The notes below the pieces were generated by a model that saw only the letters and a list, made by a program, of their open reading frames with translations, ran no database searches and was not told where the DNA came from. 64,000 nt of DNA, taken from the NCBI RefSeq assembly GCF_038025025.1, contig NW_027117346.1, positions 1,302,001-1,366,000 of the forward strand, in the 5' to 3' direction. Positions 1 to 12,399 of this stretch are shown piece by piece; positions within the stretch are counted from its first letter, which is position 1; every line of letters begins with the position of its first letter. The position numbers were made by a program, and so were the translations under genes. The stretch is from Phyllosticta citribraziliensis. Lineage: Eukaryota.

Positions 1-533
1 CTTGGCAGCCATGGTTCAAAACGGACCATTCAATTCGGCCCTGTACTGGAACAAAAGTTGTGATACACAAAACGGAGAGCATGATGAGCCAGAAGAAATG
101 GAGTCCAGAAACAGGAACACAAACCTCCTCAAAGGATACGAACTTGAGCAGAAGTGTGGCGGCTTTTACCATCGAGCCTCGCATCGTGATCGATTTCCAG
201 CGGCATTGGGGTTGCACTGAAGCAAGATTGGACGAAACGCTTGGGTGGCCGATTGAGTTTCTTTCAAGCCGAGTCTAGTCGCTTGGATCTTTGATCGCCG
301 TCTTTGGTGTCGTGAGGCTGTGGCTAGCGGCGCCGTCCCTATTGAGGCCCCCTTGCGTCCTGGTTCGCTGCCACCAAAACCCAATCGACTCGGACTTGAC
401 AAAGAATTTCCTCGACGACTCTACGCATTCTCCACGCTTCGCAGGCTTGAGAGAAGCTCCACAAGCTCATCAAAATGCTGTTTATATCTATTGTTTTCCA
501 GCATTCTTCCATCAGCACCACAAAACATCAACT

Positions 534-638
534 GGGTCTGTGGTCTAGGGGTATGACACTCCCTTAGCATCTGGATGGTCTACGATCACCTGGATCCTGA
601 GCTGGGAGAGGTCCCGGGTTCAATTCCCGGCGGATCCA
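534..638 (+). tRNA. tRNA-Ala(AGC) with a 33-nt intron (570-602)
   Basis: The cloverleaf folds: acceptor GGGTCTG/CGGATCC with the G3:U70 alanine identity pair, anticodon stem CTCCC/GGGAG, anticodon AGC at 566-568, intron after position 37, T-arm CCGGG-TTCAATT-CCCGG. A TTTTT Pol III terminator follows at 643-647. Confidence 0.95.
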
Positions 639-724
639 TTCCTTTTTGGCATCTCGTGATAGAGATCGTGGTGTTGTGGTGTTGCGGTGATGGTGTTGAG
701 TTTTTGGGGATGAGGTGTGGGACC

Positions 725-743
725 TTTTTTTTTTTTTTTTTTT
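725..743. repeat. poly-T tract (19 nt)
   Basis: Homopolymer run visible downstream of the tRNA. Confidence 0.9.
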
Positions 744-1263
744 CCTTTGCCCACCACGGGCACGAGACCTCATGACCTTGCGACTCCAGTTCAATGTTGA
801 TTAAATGAACAGGATGCACAGGTAGGGAATGCAAATTTGCGCGTGGTTGATTGGTCGTCGCGAAGTGAGTGGATTTTTTCGTTGTGCGCTCGTGGAGGCG
901 GAGAAAGGGCCGACAGCCGGCGGCTGCTAAGCGCGCTCGTGTTCCCCAGTCCCCCACCCCAACAGTCGGCACGCGAAAGGTTCCATCTTCGGTTGGTCTT
1001 GCTCTGCGCTTGCATGCTCTGAAAAGGGCCACAATGATTGGTCGAAATCGCGTCGCTGATGGAAACAAAGCAAGGATGAGATGGAATCGCTTCTTATTTT
1101 CTTTTCCCCGCTGGCGACGAGTTGCTGATCTGGAAGCTGCACTGCCGCTACGAGAGCTTTTGAGTCCGCCTGAGATGATAACACCGTCCAACACCCGGCC
1201 TGATAGCCTTGAATTTGCAAGCTCCTGGAAAGTGCCCGTCGTTCAAAATAAAGGAAAGCCAAT

Positions 1264-2223
1264 TCAACCGCTCTTCGAGATCTCAGCGGTGCTTGATGGC
1301 TTCCTCGCAGAAATGGCGACGTACCGCCAGCGTCCCTGTCCCCGGTATGATTCCACTCCGGCCACAGTATTGATGAAATATTTCTCTAGCCCCAAAAGAG
1401 TGATTATGAGGAACGGGAGGTAGGCGAGTATGTAGAACAGCCTCGTCATGGGCCTGATGTTCTCAGAATAATCCCGGACGACGATGTCGGTGAACCTAAC
1501 TTCCTTAAGCATCTCTTCGAATACGCCCGGATGCGACAGAGCATTCGTCGGCATGGCGGCAAAGTCGTTGATCTTGCGCATTGATGCCGCCATCGCCTCG
1601 GGCGAGCTTTCGACGAGTTCGTGGTCATATTCGAATTGCGACAGACGACCGCCAGGGCGAAGAAGACGGTAGAAGCCAGCGAGCACCGCCTTTGGGTCGG
1701 TCGCATGCACAAACGTCTCCATCGTGTAGATGCCGTCGAATGACTCCGTCTCCAGGCTTTCCAAGTGATGGTAATCCATTTTGCCAACCGTCACCTGGCC
1801 TGAAGGGAGGCCGGAACGAGCAATGTTGCGATTTGACTTTTTCAGGTGATGGTCCACAATGTCGATTCCTTGCACCCTGTACCCGTGCTCCTTTGCAAGA
1901 CGGATTGCGACATGACCGACTCCACACCCAGCGTCGAGAACTCGCGCTCCTGGTGGGAGGTCCAGCGAGGTCGCCATTTTGTCTTCCATGGCTCGTAGCG
2001 AACGACTGAGAGGAAATGGCCAACGTGTGTCCTGCTCATAGTAGCCAAAGTGCCGGGTACCTCCAAGAAACAACCGATATCCAATCCTTGATTCAATCGC
2101 GTGGTAGTAGGATTGCAACTTTGGGTTGCTATTGATTAAAGGTTGACGTTCGGTTTCGGGCTCCATTTTGTTCATGGAAACAGACATGTTGCGAGATGTG
2201 GTTTGGCAATGATGTTTCCGCAT
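1264..2223 (-). CDS. Class I SAM-dependent methyltransferase (type 11, sterol/tocopherol C-methyltransferase-like fold), intronless; true start may be a downstream Met (2187/2175/2166)
   Basis: Motif I VLDAGCGVG, post-I GIDI, SFDGIYTMETFVH, RLLRPGG, and an N-terminal HFGYY motif typical of SMT-like methyltransferases. Confidence 0.85.
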   Translation of the reverse strand: MRKHHCQTTSRNMSVSMNKMEPETERQPLINSNPKLQSYYHAIESRIGYRLFLGGTRHFGYYEQDTRWPFPLSRSLRAMEDKMATSLDLPPGARVLDAGCGVGHVAIRLAKEHGYRVQGIDIVDHHLKKSNRNIARSGLPSGQVTVGKMDYHHLESLETESFDGIYTMETFVHATDPKAVLAGFYRLLRPGGRLSQFEYDHELVESSPEAMAASMRKINDFAAMPTNALSHPGVFEEMLKEVRFTDIVVRDYSENIRPMTRLFYILAYLPFLIITLLGLEKYFINTVAGVESYRGQGRWRYVAISARKPSSTAEISKSG

Positions 2224-3833
2224 GGATGAGGGCAGAGCATTTTATAACAAGAAGAACAATGTCTTCCACCCCAAGCGACATGGCAAAGAGGAAAATGTGT
2301 GACAGGAAACTGGAAGTGACTGGCGTGGGTCCAGCGGCTATCTCAAAGACTTGACTGGCTCAAAATACGTTGGCTATTGATAGTGACCAGGCGGCACAGT
2401 TCCATCGCTAAACAAATCCTTGCTCTTTCCAACTCGATTTGGACGAACATCTCCAAGTAGTAAAATCGCGAGCTCAGGAGCGCCTGTCCTGTCCTGACCG
2501 TATCGAGCAATGCTGTCATGGGCAGCTCTACGATTTCCGTGCGGAGCAGTTGGTGTGGTGGCGGATTGCCGCGGCCCATCAAGGAAGCCGAAGAATGGCG
2601 GAGTTGATTCTGAACATTTGCAGGACATAGCAGCCCATCACCTGGATCCATTGTTTGCTTCCAAAGCACCAACATCTTTCAGACATGTGTTACCAGACGA
2701 CAAATCAGTTCATCGGCCGCATCAAATTTCGAACCGGTGCCCACTGGTACTACAAGGTCGGGTTGGCGCAGATGATGCCATTCCATTCACCTCTAGGCCC
2801 ATAGTGTCGCAGCCCTGGAAGCGGTTTCCACAAGACGACTGACCCTGCCAGGGAATCTCGTTGGCTCCTCTGGACGCCGTCGTACCGATTGTCTTCAGCA
2901 GTCTCTTCCTCTGTGCGTGGGTTTTGGATTCTCCGACCAAGTTGAGCAGCTACTGTGGAAGATCTTTAGCGTCTGCCATGTGTTCTTTCGCTTTTACGAC
3001 AGACTGTATGATTTGGTTGAGGTGTTTACTTGCCACCGACGGGCAAAATCCTCAAAACAGGAGCGGCCATGGCCTCTTGTTGGAGATCTGGAGTCCTAGG
3101 AAACGGCTTTCTTCTAGTGACATGCCGAGTCTGGTATGCGTGAACGTTTCAAGCAATGACTCGGACGCACTCGATCTGTAGATAACGTTTTCCTGATCCA
3201 AGACCCAATCGGAAAGTGCCCCTCTGAATCATCATACCTGTAACGTTTGCTTGTTTCCTTCACTTTCCGGCGCTATTGAGAAAATTTGTCGCCCGCGAGT
3301 GCCATGTTCGGGTGTGTAAGTAACGTCGACAAATTCTTTCCATCCGTAGGGACATGAAGGGCTACTCCATTGATTTTTGTGGTGTGGCAATTTCGTCGGC
3401 CCAAAGGGGGTTCGAGGTTCAGGAAACAGTTGGTATCAGAGGAATTGGTGAGTCCTGGAACTGCGGGATGGACCAAGATTGCTGTCATTCCTGTGGAGAC
3501 TTATTATGGGGAGGGGACTCGCAGAGCTAGAATTCGTTGCGACCGTAATACTGCACCTATTGTCCCTCGACTATACCGACGTACACCTTTTCAAATAATC
3601 CTTCGTCACAATGCAGCTTTTCTGCGATTCCATCTTGCTGTCAAGTGCAGGGTCTCTTGACGAGAGGATCGCGCGCATAACCGTAACGTTGTAAACGGAG
3701 GATCGCAGGCCAAATTTCTGGCACAAACAGGTCTTTCGAGATTATACCGGCCCAGATTGCAATCAAATGGTGCAAGAGATGTCTAAATTCTACTGAATCA
3801 ATTTGACTAAGTGAGGGCAAATCACCGCGCAGG

Positions 3834-5258
3834 CTACACCAGCTTGAGTTGAAAGCCAGCCCCACCCTCTTCTCTTGAGGAGAATATCCCACTAAAGTCC
3901 ACGTCGCCTCCAATCCTCGGCGCGTCTCCTCTCTGGGGTGCTTGTGGACTTGCTCTTTTCCGCCTCTTCTCTTGGCCAGCCTTGCTTGGGAATGTGGGAA
4001 ACATGGCCGTCGATTTTGGTCTTGGGTTTTCCGAAAAGTATGCATGCTTCAGGACCTCGGAAGCTAAAGGGCGCGAGTCCGGATTTAGAGAGAGAAGCGA
4101 AGTGAGGAGAGAGGCACCTGCGGCGGTCAAGAAGGGAAACTTCGAGCGGATAACGGCGCCGGTCGTATGCGGGTTGCGAGGCAGACGAAGTGACTTCGCA
4201 TTGGGGAGACGTCGGAACCCTGGCCAGGTATCTTCGGTAGGGATGCCGCACAGCTCGAATATCTGACACCAGATTAGCATTTGCGCCTCTCTGTCTGACA
4301 TGGAGAATACCTTTGACAGCTCATCGACCTCGTTTTTGCCTTGCAGCAGCGGTTCTTTGGTCAAAAGCTCGCCGAAGATGCAGCCCACACTCCACATGTC
4401 AATGGCCTGGCCATATTCCCTTGCTCCGAGGAGAAGCTCTGGTGCTCGGTACCACAGAGTGACCACCAGCTGGGTGAGATCCGGTGGTGGAGGATCGCCA
4501 GCATACCTCGCCATTCCAAAGTCGGCAATCTTGATCTCGCCCCGATTGTTCATGAGGATGTTTGACGTCTTCAAATCTCGATGTAGTATCCAGTGATCAT
4601 GCAGATAGCCGACGGCGCTGGTCAGTTGCAGCATCAATGTCTTGATCTCCGACGGAAGAAACGGCTCTGGCATCTCCTCCTGCAGCGTCTTGAGATCGTG
4701 CTCCAAGAATTCCATGACCAGAAAGACATCATTCAGGGTGTCCCCGACGACCACTTCCCGCAAATCGACAACGTGCCGGTGCCGCGACTCCTTGAGGCAT
4801 TGAATCTCGCGCAGCGCCGTGACGGGGAATCCATCATTGAGGTTTTCCATTTTCAACTTTTTGAGCGCCACGATCTCTCCCGTTGCGGTCTCCTTTGCAC
4901 GCGAAACCCATCCATATGACCCTTCCTCAATGTGGTTCAGTCTCTCAAAATTGTCCACTCGGCGGCACGGTCCCCACTCGGGCGCCGCAAACCTGAGCAG
5001 CCTCCGTGGTTGATCTTTGGCATCCTGTGGTTCCTCTGGCGTAGACGACAGCTTTCTGCGTTTAGCTGGTCGGTCATCTTGTTCGCGTGCGGCGGCTTCG
5101 ACTTCGGCCTTCTTGCGTTCTTCCGCAGCACGAGCGGCTTCCTCGAGCTTGCGTTGTTTCTCGGCTTTGGCGCGTTTCTTCTCCTCCTTTTCGCGTTTGC
5201 GTCGTGCCTCCAATTCTGCGTCTTCTTCGTCATCTGCCCAACGTGATTTGCTGGCCAT
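3834..5258 (-). CDS. CDK11: CDK11/PITSLRE-family cyclin-dependent kinase; one 48-nt intron (4263-4310)
   Basis: IEEGSYGWV, GFPVTALREI (PITSLRE-like helix), HRDLKTSN, DFG, VVTLWYRAPE, C-terminal FPTFPSKA, and a charged N-terminus starting MASKSRWADD. Confidence 0.9.
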   Translation of the reverse strand: MASKSRWADDEEDAELEARRKREKEEKKRAKAEKQRKLEEAARAAEERKKAEVEAAAREQDDRPAKRRKLSSTPEEPQDAKDQPRRLLRFAAPEWGPCRRVDNFERLNHIEEGSYGWVSRAKETATGEIVALKKLKMENLNDGFPVTALREIQCLKESRHRHVVDLREVVVGDTLNDVFLVMEFLEHDLKTLQEEMPEPFLPSEIKTLMLQLTSAVGYLHDHWILHRDLKTSNILMNNRGEIKIADFGMARYAGDPPPPDLTQLVVTLWYRAPELLLGAREYGQAIDMWSVGCIFGELLTKEPLLQGKNEVDELSKVFSMSDREAQMLIWCQIFELCGIPTEDTWPGFRRLPNAKSLRLPRNPHTTGAVIRSKFPFLTAAGASLLTSLLSLNPDSRPLASEVLKHAYFSENPRPKSTAMFPTFPSKAGQEKRRKRASPQAPQRGDAPRIGGDVDFSGIFSSREEGGAGFQLKLV

Positions 5259-5414
5259 TGTTGCGATGGGTGGGCTGTGGAGCCGGGTGGGGTAGTCAGT
5301 GTTCGGAGTTCGGAGGTGGTGCGGCGAGCGGGAAAGTCGAGCAGGAGCTTGAGCTTTGGACGTCATGAGTCGGAGCGTCGGAGCTTCCACCAAACACCAC
5401 AACTCGTCGCCATC

Positions 5415-7166
5415 ATGCTCGCAGCCACCAACTTCACCCACCGCGCTCTGAGTCGTACTCTCGCTCGTCCCAAAAATGGCACAAGATTATGCTACTTGAT
5501 CCGAAGATGGTCATCTACCTCTGCAGAACGCTATTCGACGCCCCTCGCGAAAACGCTCGCGCAGGCTATCGATGTACGGTCTCTCTCAAAATTCTGGATT
5601 TGCGCTGACACGAACAAAGGCGACCGGACCTATTCCTGTCGCAACGTACATGCGCCAATGCCTGACAGCCCCGGAGAGCGGATACTACACAAGACGAATC
5701 GAAGGGGCAGATCAATTCGGCCAAAAAGGCGACTTCGTTACCTCTCCCGAGATATCACAGATTTTTGGAGAATTGGTAGGACTATGGATGATAACAGAGT
5801 GGATGAGTCAGGGCAGAAAGAGTTCAGGCATTCAGTTGATGGAGGTTGGCCCTGGCAGGGGCACTCTGATGGATGACATACTCAGAGTACGACTTGTGTC
5901 CAATCGAGACGGCTGTATTGACAATACAGTAGACCATCCGCAACTTCAAGCCATTCTCCTCGTCGATTGAGAAGGTCTACCTGGTCGAAGCCAGCCCTTC
6001 CTTGCGAGACGCACAGCAAAAACTGCTCTGCGGCGCTAATCCCATGAAGGAGACGGAGATAGGACATGAAAGCGTGTCAAAGTACTCGGACATAAGGATT
6101 GTGTGGACAGAGGATATCAGACTCGTACCGAGAGGTGATTCGGAGAAGCCCCACCTCGTTTCAGAAGCTGACCGTTAAAGACGACGGCAAGACCCCCTTC
6201 ATTGTTGCCCACGAGTTCTTCGACGCCCTCCCAGTCCACGTCTTCCAAAATGTCAAACCTTCGCCCACAAAGCCTGCGGAACACCCGAAAGATTTTTCTC
6301 AAGAGGAGATCATGGCATCGAGTAACATGATGCACAAGAGGCCGCGAGATCCCAATGCCAACGAATGGCGTGAGCTTCTGGTAGCTCCAACATCTCCGGA
6401 TTCGACTCACGCCTCTCTCAACACCCCCATGTCTCTTCGCGACCACACGCCGGTACCCGACTTTCAGCTAATTCTCAGCAAAGGACCTACTCCGCACAGC
6501 ATGTACTTGCCTCATACATCGCCCCGCTATAAGGCTTTGCAAAGCACTCCAGACTCTGTCATTGAAATATCGCCCGAATCCGCGGCTTACGCCTCCGACT
6601 TTGCCGTTCGCATCGGTGGCACTGCCGCGACTTCCCGCGAAAGGAGCTCTGGAGCTTTAGGTTCTGCATCTTTAGACTCCAGAACTACTTCCCGGACCAA
6701 ATCGCAACCCTCTGGCGCTGCTCTGATCCTTGATTACGGGCCGGCATCCACTATTCCCACCAACTCGCTCCGCGGCATCCGCGGCCACAAGGCCGTGTCT
6801 CCTTTCGCGCTCCCCGGAGAAGTCGATGTCAGCGCAGACGTCGATTTCACTGCTCTTGCCGAATCAGCCATCAATGCCTCGCCCAACGTCGAAGTGCATG
6901 GCCCGGTGGACCAGTCGCACTTTTTGGAGTCTATGGGAATCCGAGAACGTGCTGAAATGCTACTAAATCATGCCGCAAGCCGGACCGGCGTCACCGAGGA
7001 GGAGAAGAGGCAATTCCGGGAACGCATTGATGCCGGCTGGAAGCGACTGGTAGACAGAGGGCCGAACGGGATGGGAAAGCTGTATAAAGTCCTCGCAATC
7101 GTGCCGTATCGACCTGACGGCGCAGTCCGGAGGCCGGTTGGATTTGGTGGTGATGTGCAGGTATGA
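5415..7166 (+). CDS. NDUFAF7: Mitochondrial complex I assembly arginine methyltransferase NDUFAF7/MidA; introns 5574-5619, 5887-5932, 6135-6180
   Basis: [71 protein letters not shown]-terminus resembles a basic mitochondrial targeting sequence. Confidence 0.92.
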
Positions 7167-7843
7167 GATGGGGAGGTGAGTGTGCTAATTGCCATGACGC
7201 GGCCTTTTGCAACAGCACTCTTCGATTTGACTCGTGAGTACCCACGAGAAGCTCGACTGGACTTTTCCGTGTTGCATTCGATCGACGTCAATCGAGGGCC
7301 TAGTCATGGTTGGAGGATCAAGAAAATCAAACCCCTCAACGAGTCAAGCTAATGGCGTCGGGGCTGGCCGACTGCAACTTGAGCAGACGGCCCTAGGAGT
7401 TTCTGCACAACTCTTCAGCAAACACCGGCCTTGCTTGAGTCTCAGCCGCAAAATCTTGTTTCTAGGAGAGTCCGTGGAAGACGCAAAGCCCAGGAAACTT
7501 CATCCACCATTATCAAATTTGTGTTAGGGAACATTCTCCATTCCCTCTTTCTTCGCAACCCTCTCAGGGACCTCTATGCTCTGGATTCTCTTTCGCGGGT
7601 CTGTGTCTTTCTCGAGCGCGCCTTCGGAAGCACATCATCGATGCCGACGACGTTCGGGAGCCGTTCCGAGATCGCATCATTCTGGCCTAGGGAGAGCTGA
7701 AATTAGGACTTGAAGAGATTTTTCGCTCCTTCTCAATTCAGTTGTGCACCCTGGAGATGGAACGACAAAACGCCAAGACTGGCCTGAGTGGGTCGGTGAC
7801 CGACGCCACCACCATCCGGCGTCCTCTCCTGACTAGACAGCCG

Positions 7844-7867
7844 AAGGCTTGAGCAAAGGCTTGAGCA
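7844..7867. repeat. Perfect 12-bp tandem duplication AAGGCTTGAGCA x2 upstream of the MFS gene, containing TGAGCAAA (reverse complement of the Mac1-type CuRE TTTGCTCA)
   Basis: Repeat read directly from the sequence; regulatory meaning is inferred. Confidence 0.5.
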
Positions 7868-8065
7868 GAACCCCATGACTCGTTGTCATTCGGCGATCAG
7901 ATCACGTTCGCGGTGGCGCCAGGCCTTTTAGGAAGAAACCTCCAAGGGGTCCATGAGAAAAAAATGGGTCCTAAGCGATTGAGCGGCTAGATTCCGCAGG
8001 GCCCTACTAAACGTTCTATGGACGACAACAACGACGTTCCTACCTTCGTTGTCAAGTTGAACACC

Positions 8066-9667
8066 ATGGCGACCAGAAACCAGGACCACGAAAAGGCGCC
8101 GGAAGCCGCCACTGCTCCATCCCTGGCAACAAGTCAAGGGAACTCTTCGGAGGATGAGCCTGTGCCTGTGGTTCTGCAACCCGCAGCCGCGCCTCCTGCT
8201 TCGCCAAATGGCGGATATGGCTGGGTCTGTTGCTTTGCAATATTCTGGATCAATGCACACACCTGGGGAATCAACAGCGCAAGTCTCCCATCCAAATCAG
8301 ATTGTTTATCGATCCTGCGGCGTCACGTTCAACCTACGTGGCCAATCAATCTCGTCATGAACGCGACGAATGATGGATTGATGAACAACCTGTTTCGATT
8401 ACCTGGCTTGTACCATCTGACTTTATCTCAAGGCTTACGGAATTTTTCTCGCGCATTTCCTGACTACAAACACCTTCCCTGGAGCCACGCGTCTTGACTT
8501 TGCATTCGTCGCCGGCCTCTCTCTTTCGATGGCACAGCTGATTTCGCCCATCGCGACCATCTCGACACGCAAGTTCGGCACTCGCGTGACCTTGTTGATC
8601 GGCGTATTCTTTGAAACCCTGGCCTTGATTGGCGCTTCATTTGCGACAAAGACCTGGCACCTTTTCCTTTCGCAAGGCGTCTGCTTCGGGTGGGGAATGG
8701 GTCTGCTGTTTACAGGGTCCGTCGGAGTGATACCGCAATGGTTCACTACCCGCCGCTCTTTTGCCAACGGCATTGCCACTTCGGGAACGGGCATCGGCGG
8801 ACTCACCTACTCGCTAGCCACTGGTGCCATCATTCAGAACATCGGGGTTGGTTGGGCCTATCGTATCCTGGGCATTTGCGCCTTTTCTGCCAACCTGATA
8901 AGTGCGCTGCTCGTTCGGGACCGCAACAAGCAGGTGAGTAACTTTTTACTATCGGCCAATTTCTCTACAACGCTGACATAACCTTGTAGATTGGAAGCTC
9001 CCAACTTGCCTTTGACTACACACTCCTCAAACGAAAGGAATACCTGCTACTCCTGGGATATGGCATCCTGAGCATCCTGGGCTATGTCGTCCTGCTCTTT
9101 TCTCTTCCAAACTATGCGACTTCGATAGGCCTTACCGCGCACCAAGGCTCGGTAGTAGGAGCCATTTTAAACCTCGGTCAAGCTCTAGGCCGCTCACCCA
9201 TCGGCTATTTCAGCGATTCAGTTGGCCGCCTGAACATGGCTGGCTCCATGACCTTTCTTGCTGGCCTCTTTTCATTGGTTATCTGGACCAACGCGCACAC
9301 CTACGGCGTGCTTATTTTCTTCGCTCTCGTTGCAGGCATGGTCGCAGGCACGTACTGGGCCATCGTGGCACCTGTCACGACCGAAATTATCGGATTGGCA
9401 AACCTTCCATCGGCACTGTGCATCACTTGGCTATCTCTTGTGATCCCGACTACATTTTCGGAAGCTATAGCCCTCCAGATCACGGCATCGAGCGGCAGCT
9501 ATCTCGGGACTCAACTCTTTGCTGGCTTCATGTTCATTGGAGCCGCTACGCTGATGTGGATACTGCGCGCTTGGAAGATTGGGCAGCTGGAGAAATCTGG
9601 GGAGAAAACAGAAACAGTGCAGCACAAAACCTTCGTCGCGAGGTTGTTCGCGATGACGAGAGTGTAA
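8066..9667 (+). CDS. MFS transporter, monocarboxylate-porter (MCH/MCT-like) family; GC-AG intron 8279-8432 and GT-AG intron 8934-8989
   Basis: PNGGYGWVCC...INAHTWGINS|AYGIFL, LFLSQGVCFGWGMGLLF, QWFTTRRSFANGIATSGTGIGG, SDSVGRLN, and about 12 hydrophobic segments. Confidence 0.88.
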
Positions 9668-10051
9668 ACAATTAAGACGGGGAGGAGTAGACCAAAAAAT
9701 TCGAACAGACGACCAACGATTATGTTTCGAGCATCGGCTCAAGAGAGGATCAAATGAACAGCGAGTCCTGGCACTAACTAGCTCACGAAGCTTCATCAAA
9801 ACCGCCTTGGGAGCTGTTGCTCACCACCACAGCCACATCAACCACGCTGGCATTCATCGGCACGACTGCGCTAATGGAACTCCCATTACTTTCACACTTT
9901 TCTTGCAATAATTTAATGTTCATTGTCTACGACGACTCCAGTCTTCCAGAGGAAATAAATGAGAAGTTTTCAGAAAGAATTTCGACTTAAACGCGAAGAA
10001 AACGCCCAATAGGAGAGATGCGCGTCAACAAAAGAAAAAAGATCACACAGA

Positions 10052-11911
10052 CTATGCCCCGAAAATTCCTTCAAAATATCCAGTGGGGTCTTCCCCAGCA
10101 TACCCATTGTACATGTCGGGTCTCACCACCACGTACCCCGCGGTCCCCGCGTCTACTGCCTTCTCGCCACCATCCTCGCTCAGGCGAGCAAAGAACTTGC
10201 TGGTGCCGATCTGCTCTCCACCAGAAACAGCAGGGGATACTTTCCATGAATCCACAAAGCTGGCCCATTCAGCACCTGTAGGCGGAGTCCACGGTGCCGC
10301 ATCTCCCAATGACAGCACGATGAACTTTCCGTAGGAAGGAATGGTGTAGAGGCGTCTTCCAGGACTGTTGGACTGCTCGTGGAAGTAGATATCCGGCGTT
10401 CTTTGGCCAGGCACGAAGATGCCTGCGGGTGCGCCTTGAAGAATTGGCGTATCGGCGGCGTAGTTGACGCCCATGCCTATAGGGGCCGTGTGAGTGCCAA
10501 GTCATGCAAAACCTGCGGGAAGGGAGGCCGAAATGATAGAGTGGGGACCTACCAGTAATGTACGCCGCGTTTCTCTCGATCAGATCGACATACTCAGTTG
10601 CCGTCTTGACGGTCATCCGCACCAACTTCGCCGCCACGTCGATGATTCCCACTGCGCTAGTTCGTCGCTCCGTCTCGTACGACTCAAGAACCTCCGGGAA
10701 CCCCCGTGTCGCGAGATTCAGGCGCCATGCGAGCGCAAACGCGTCCGCAAGTCCAGTGTTAAGTCCCTGGCCTCCGTTGACGGCGTGCACGTGTGCCGCA
10801 TCGCCTGCGAGCGCAATGCGGCCCTTCGGCGAGAAGTAGGTGCGCGCAACGCGCTCTTTGATCTCAAAGGTGCTGAACCACTCGGTGGCGCGAAAGTCAA
10901 CACGGTGGGGCTCCAGGAACTTGCGAATCTCTTCCTCAACGGCTGATTGTGGCCTACGTGTTTGTCCATCATCGAAAAGGACGTAGAACCGCGCCATGCC
11001 ACGCTCTCTGTCCGTCGAATCATGGTCAGTCAAACTGCTACAAGTGGATTTCTGGGCATGTCGCAAACTACGACTTGGCAGACGAACCTTGGAATCCAGC
11101 TCACGCGCGCCTGTCCGTTGACTTGGAACGTGATGATTTCTGGGGCTACGGGGAAGTCTGTGTCGAGAAACGTGTCGAGAACGTGCCAGATCATGTTTGG
11201 CTTTGTTCCCTCAAACGGGATGTCAAGCTGGCTCCGAATAATGGACTTTGCACCGTCTGCGCCAACGGCATACTTGCTGATTACGACAGTATTTGGAAAT
11301 TCTGTCCGAACAAGGTCTTCGCCGTCGATGCTGATCTCCTCGATTCTGGTTGCTTCGCTATTGCGGTGCACAGGAGTGGCGAGCTTCAACTCCAGAGCAC
11401 GCTCAATGTCGGCTTGTCCAATCATCAGGAAATTGGGACGGTGGCAATGCTTCAAACCTGTCCACCAGTGGCTCTGTCTAGAGACGAATTCACCATTGGC
11501 GAAGGTGGAGCTGGCTGTCATTTGGTAAGTCAAGGCGCACGAGTCGAAGAATGGAGATACATACTGTTGCACTTCAAACCATATGGTTCGAGCTGATCAA
11601 GGACGCCCATCAACTCCAGGGACTGCTGTGTTCGTGCATTGAGTGCGTCTGCGCGACCAAGCTGAAGAGCTGTAGCTGATATGTCTACCGGTAATGGCAA
11701 TTAAGCTTCTATCCTGGCAACAAATGTACCATTTGATCTCCATACCTGCGATGAACACTGACAGTCCCAGATTCTGGGCCAACAAGGCGAGAGTAAGACC
11801 AGTCGGTCCAGCTGTTTCCAGAAGTCAGCAAATTGCAGAGATAGCCATAGGAGGTGGGTTCAGCATACCCCCGATTATTGTCAGGTCTGCATGTATTTCC
11901 TTTACCGTCAT
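10052..11911 (-). CDS. FAD-dependent monooxygenase (PheA/TfdB, phenol-hydroxylase-like; FAD_binding_3) with five GT-AG introns
   Basis: Spliced N-terminus MTVKEIHADLTIIG|AGPTGL (GxGxxG), GRADALNART, DG motif AVGADGAKSIIR, GD motif LAGDAAHVHAVNGGQGLNTGLADA, and C-terminal VVVRPDMY. Confidence 0.9.
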
Positions 11912-12380
11912 GGTGATGTTGTTGTTGCTCAGTTTGTTTCTTGACGCTTTTCAAAGACGAAAGAAGAAAGTAAAATACACAAGTCTGCAGCGAAGGGGAC
12001 GGGGTCTTGATTTTCCCTCTTTATGGTTTGCAATTTATGAGGTCTAATAGAAGAGTCTTCAGGCAGGCTGGTCGCCGCGACATCCCATCCTACCACAACA
12101 GGCTAGACTCTCCTGCGAATTCCGTGTCGACCGGATCTCGCCTTGTTTGTGCCCATCCCCGCGAGCTTTGACGATTGTTCCTTTTCGGGCAAAAGGCCTG
12201 GAGGTGGTGGTTTAAGGGCCTCCGAATACGAGGGGAAGCCCAAGATGTCACCCACCCTGAACAATATCTCGCGTGAGACTGAGTCGATTAGGAAGGACCT
12301 TGGTCATTCGTCATTCGGTGCTTTCCGGGGCAATACCTAGTCATGAAGCGAGGTAGCCGCGTGCTTCAGGTACCTTGCTG

Positions 12381-12399
12381 CAGATAATCGTTATCTGAT
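12381..12399. promoter_or_regulatory. Palindromic double GATA element CAGATAA-N3-TTATCTG, including TTATCTGAT (= ATCAGATAA, SreA-type consensus ATCWGATAA)
   Basis: Motif lies in the divergent monooxygenase/ICS intergenic region. A second near match, ATCCGATAA, is at 12689-12697. Confidence 0.5.

Noticed and set aside
1..500. Short open frames at the window start
   Set aside because: No recognisable domain. Could be a gene end but cannot be supported.
2343..3660. Short ORFs or a possible pseudogene between the methyltransferase and CDK11
   Set aside because: All frames I checked are interrupted by stops and no motif is recognisable, so no call can be supported.
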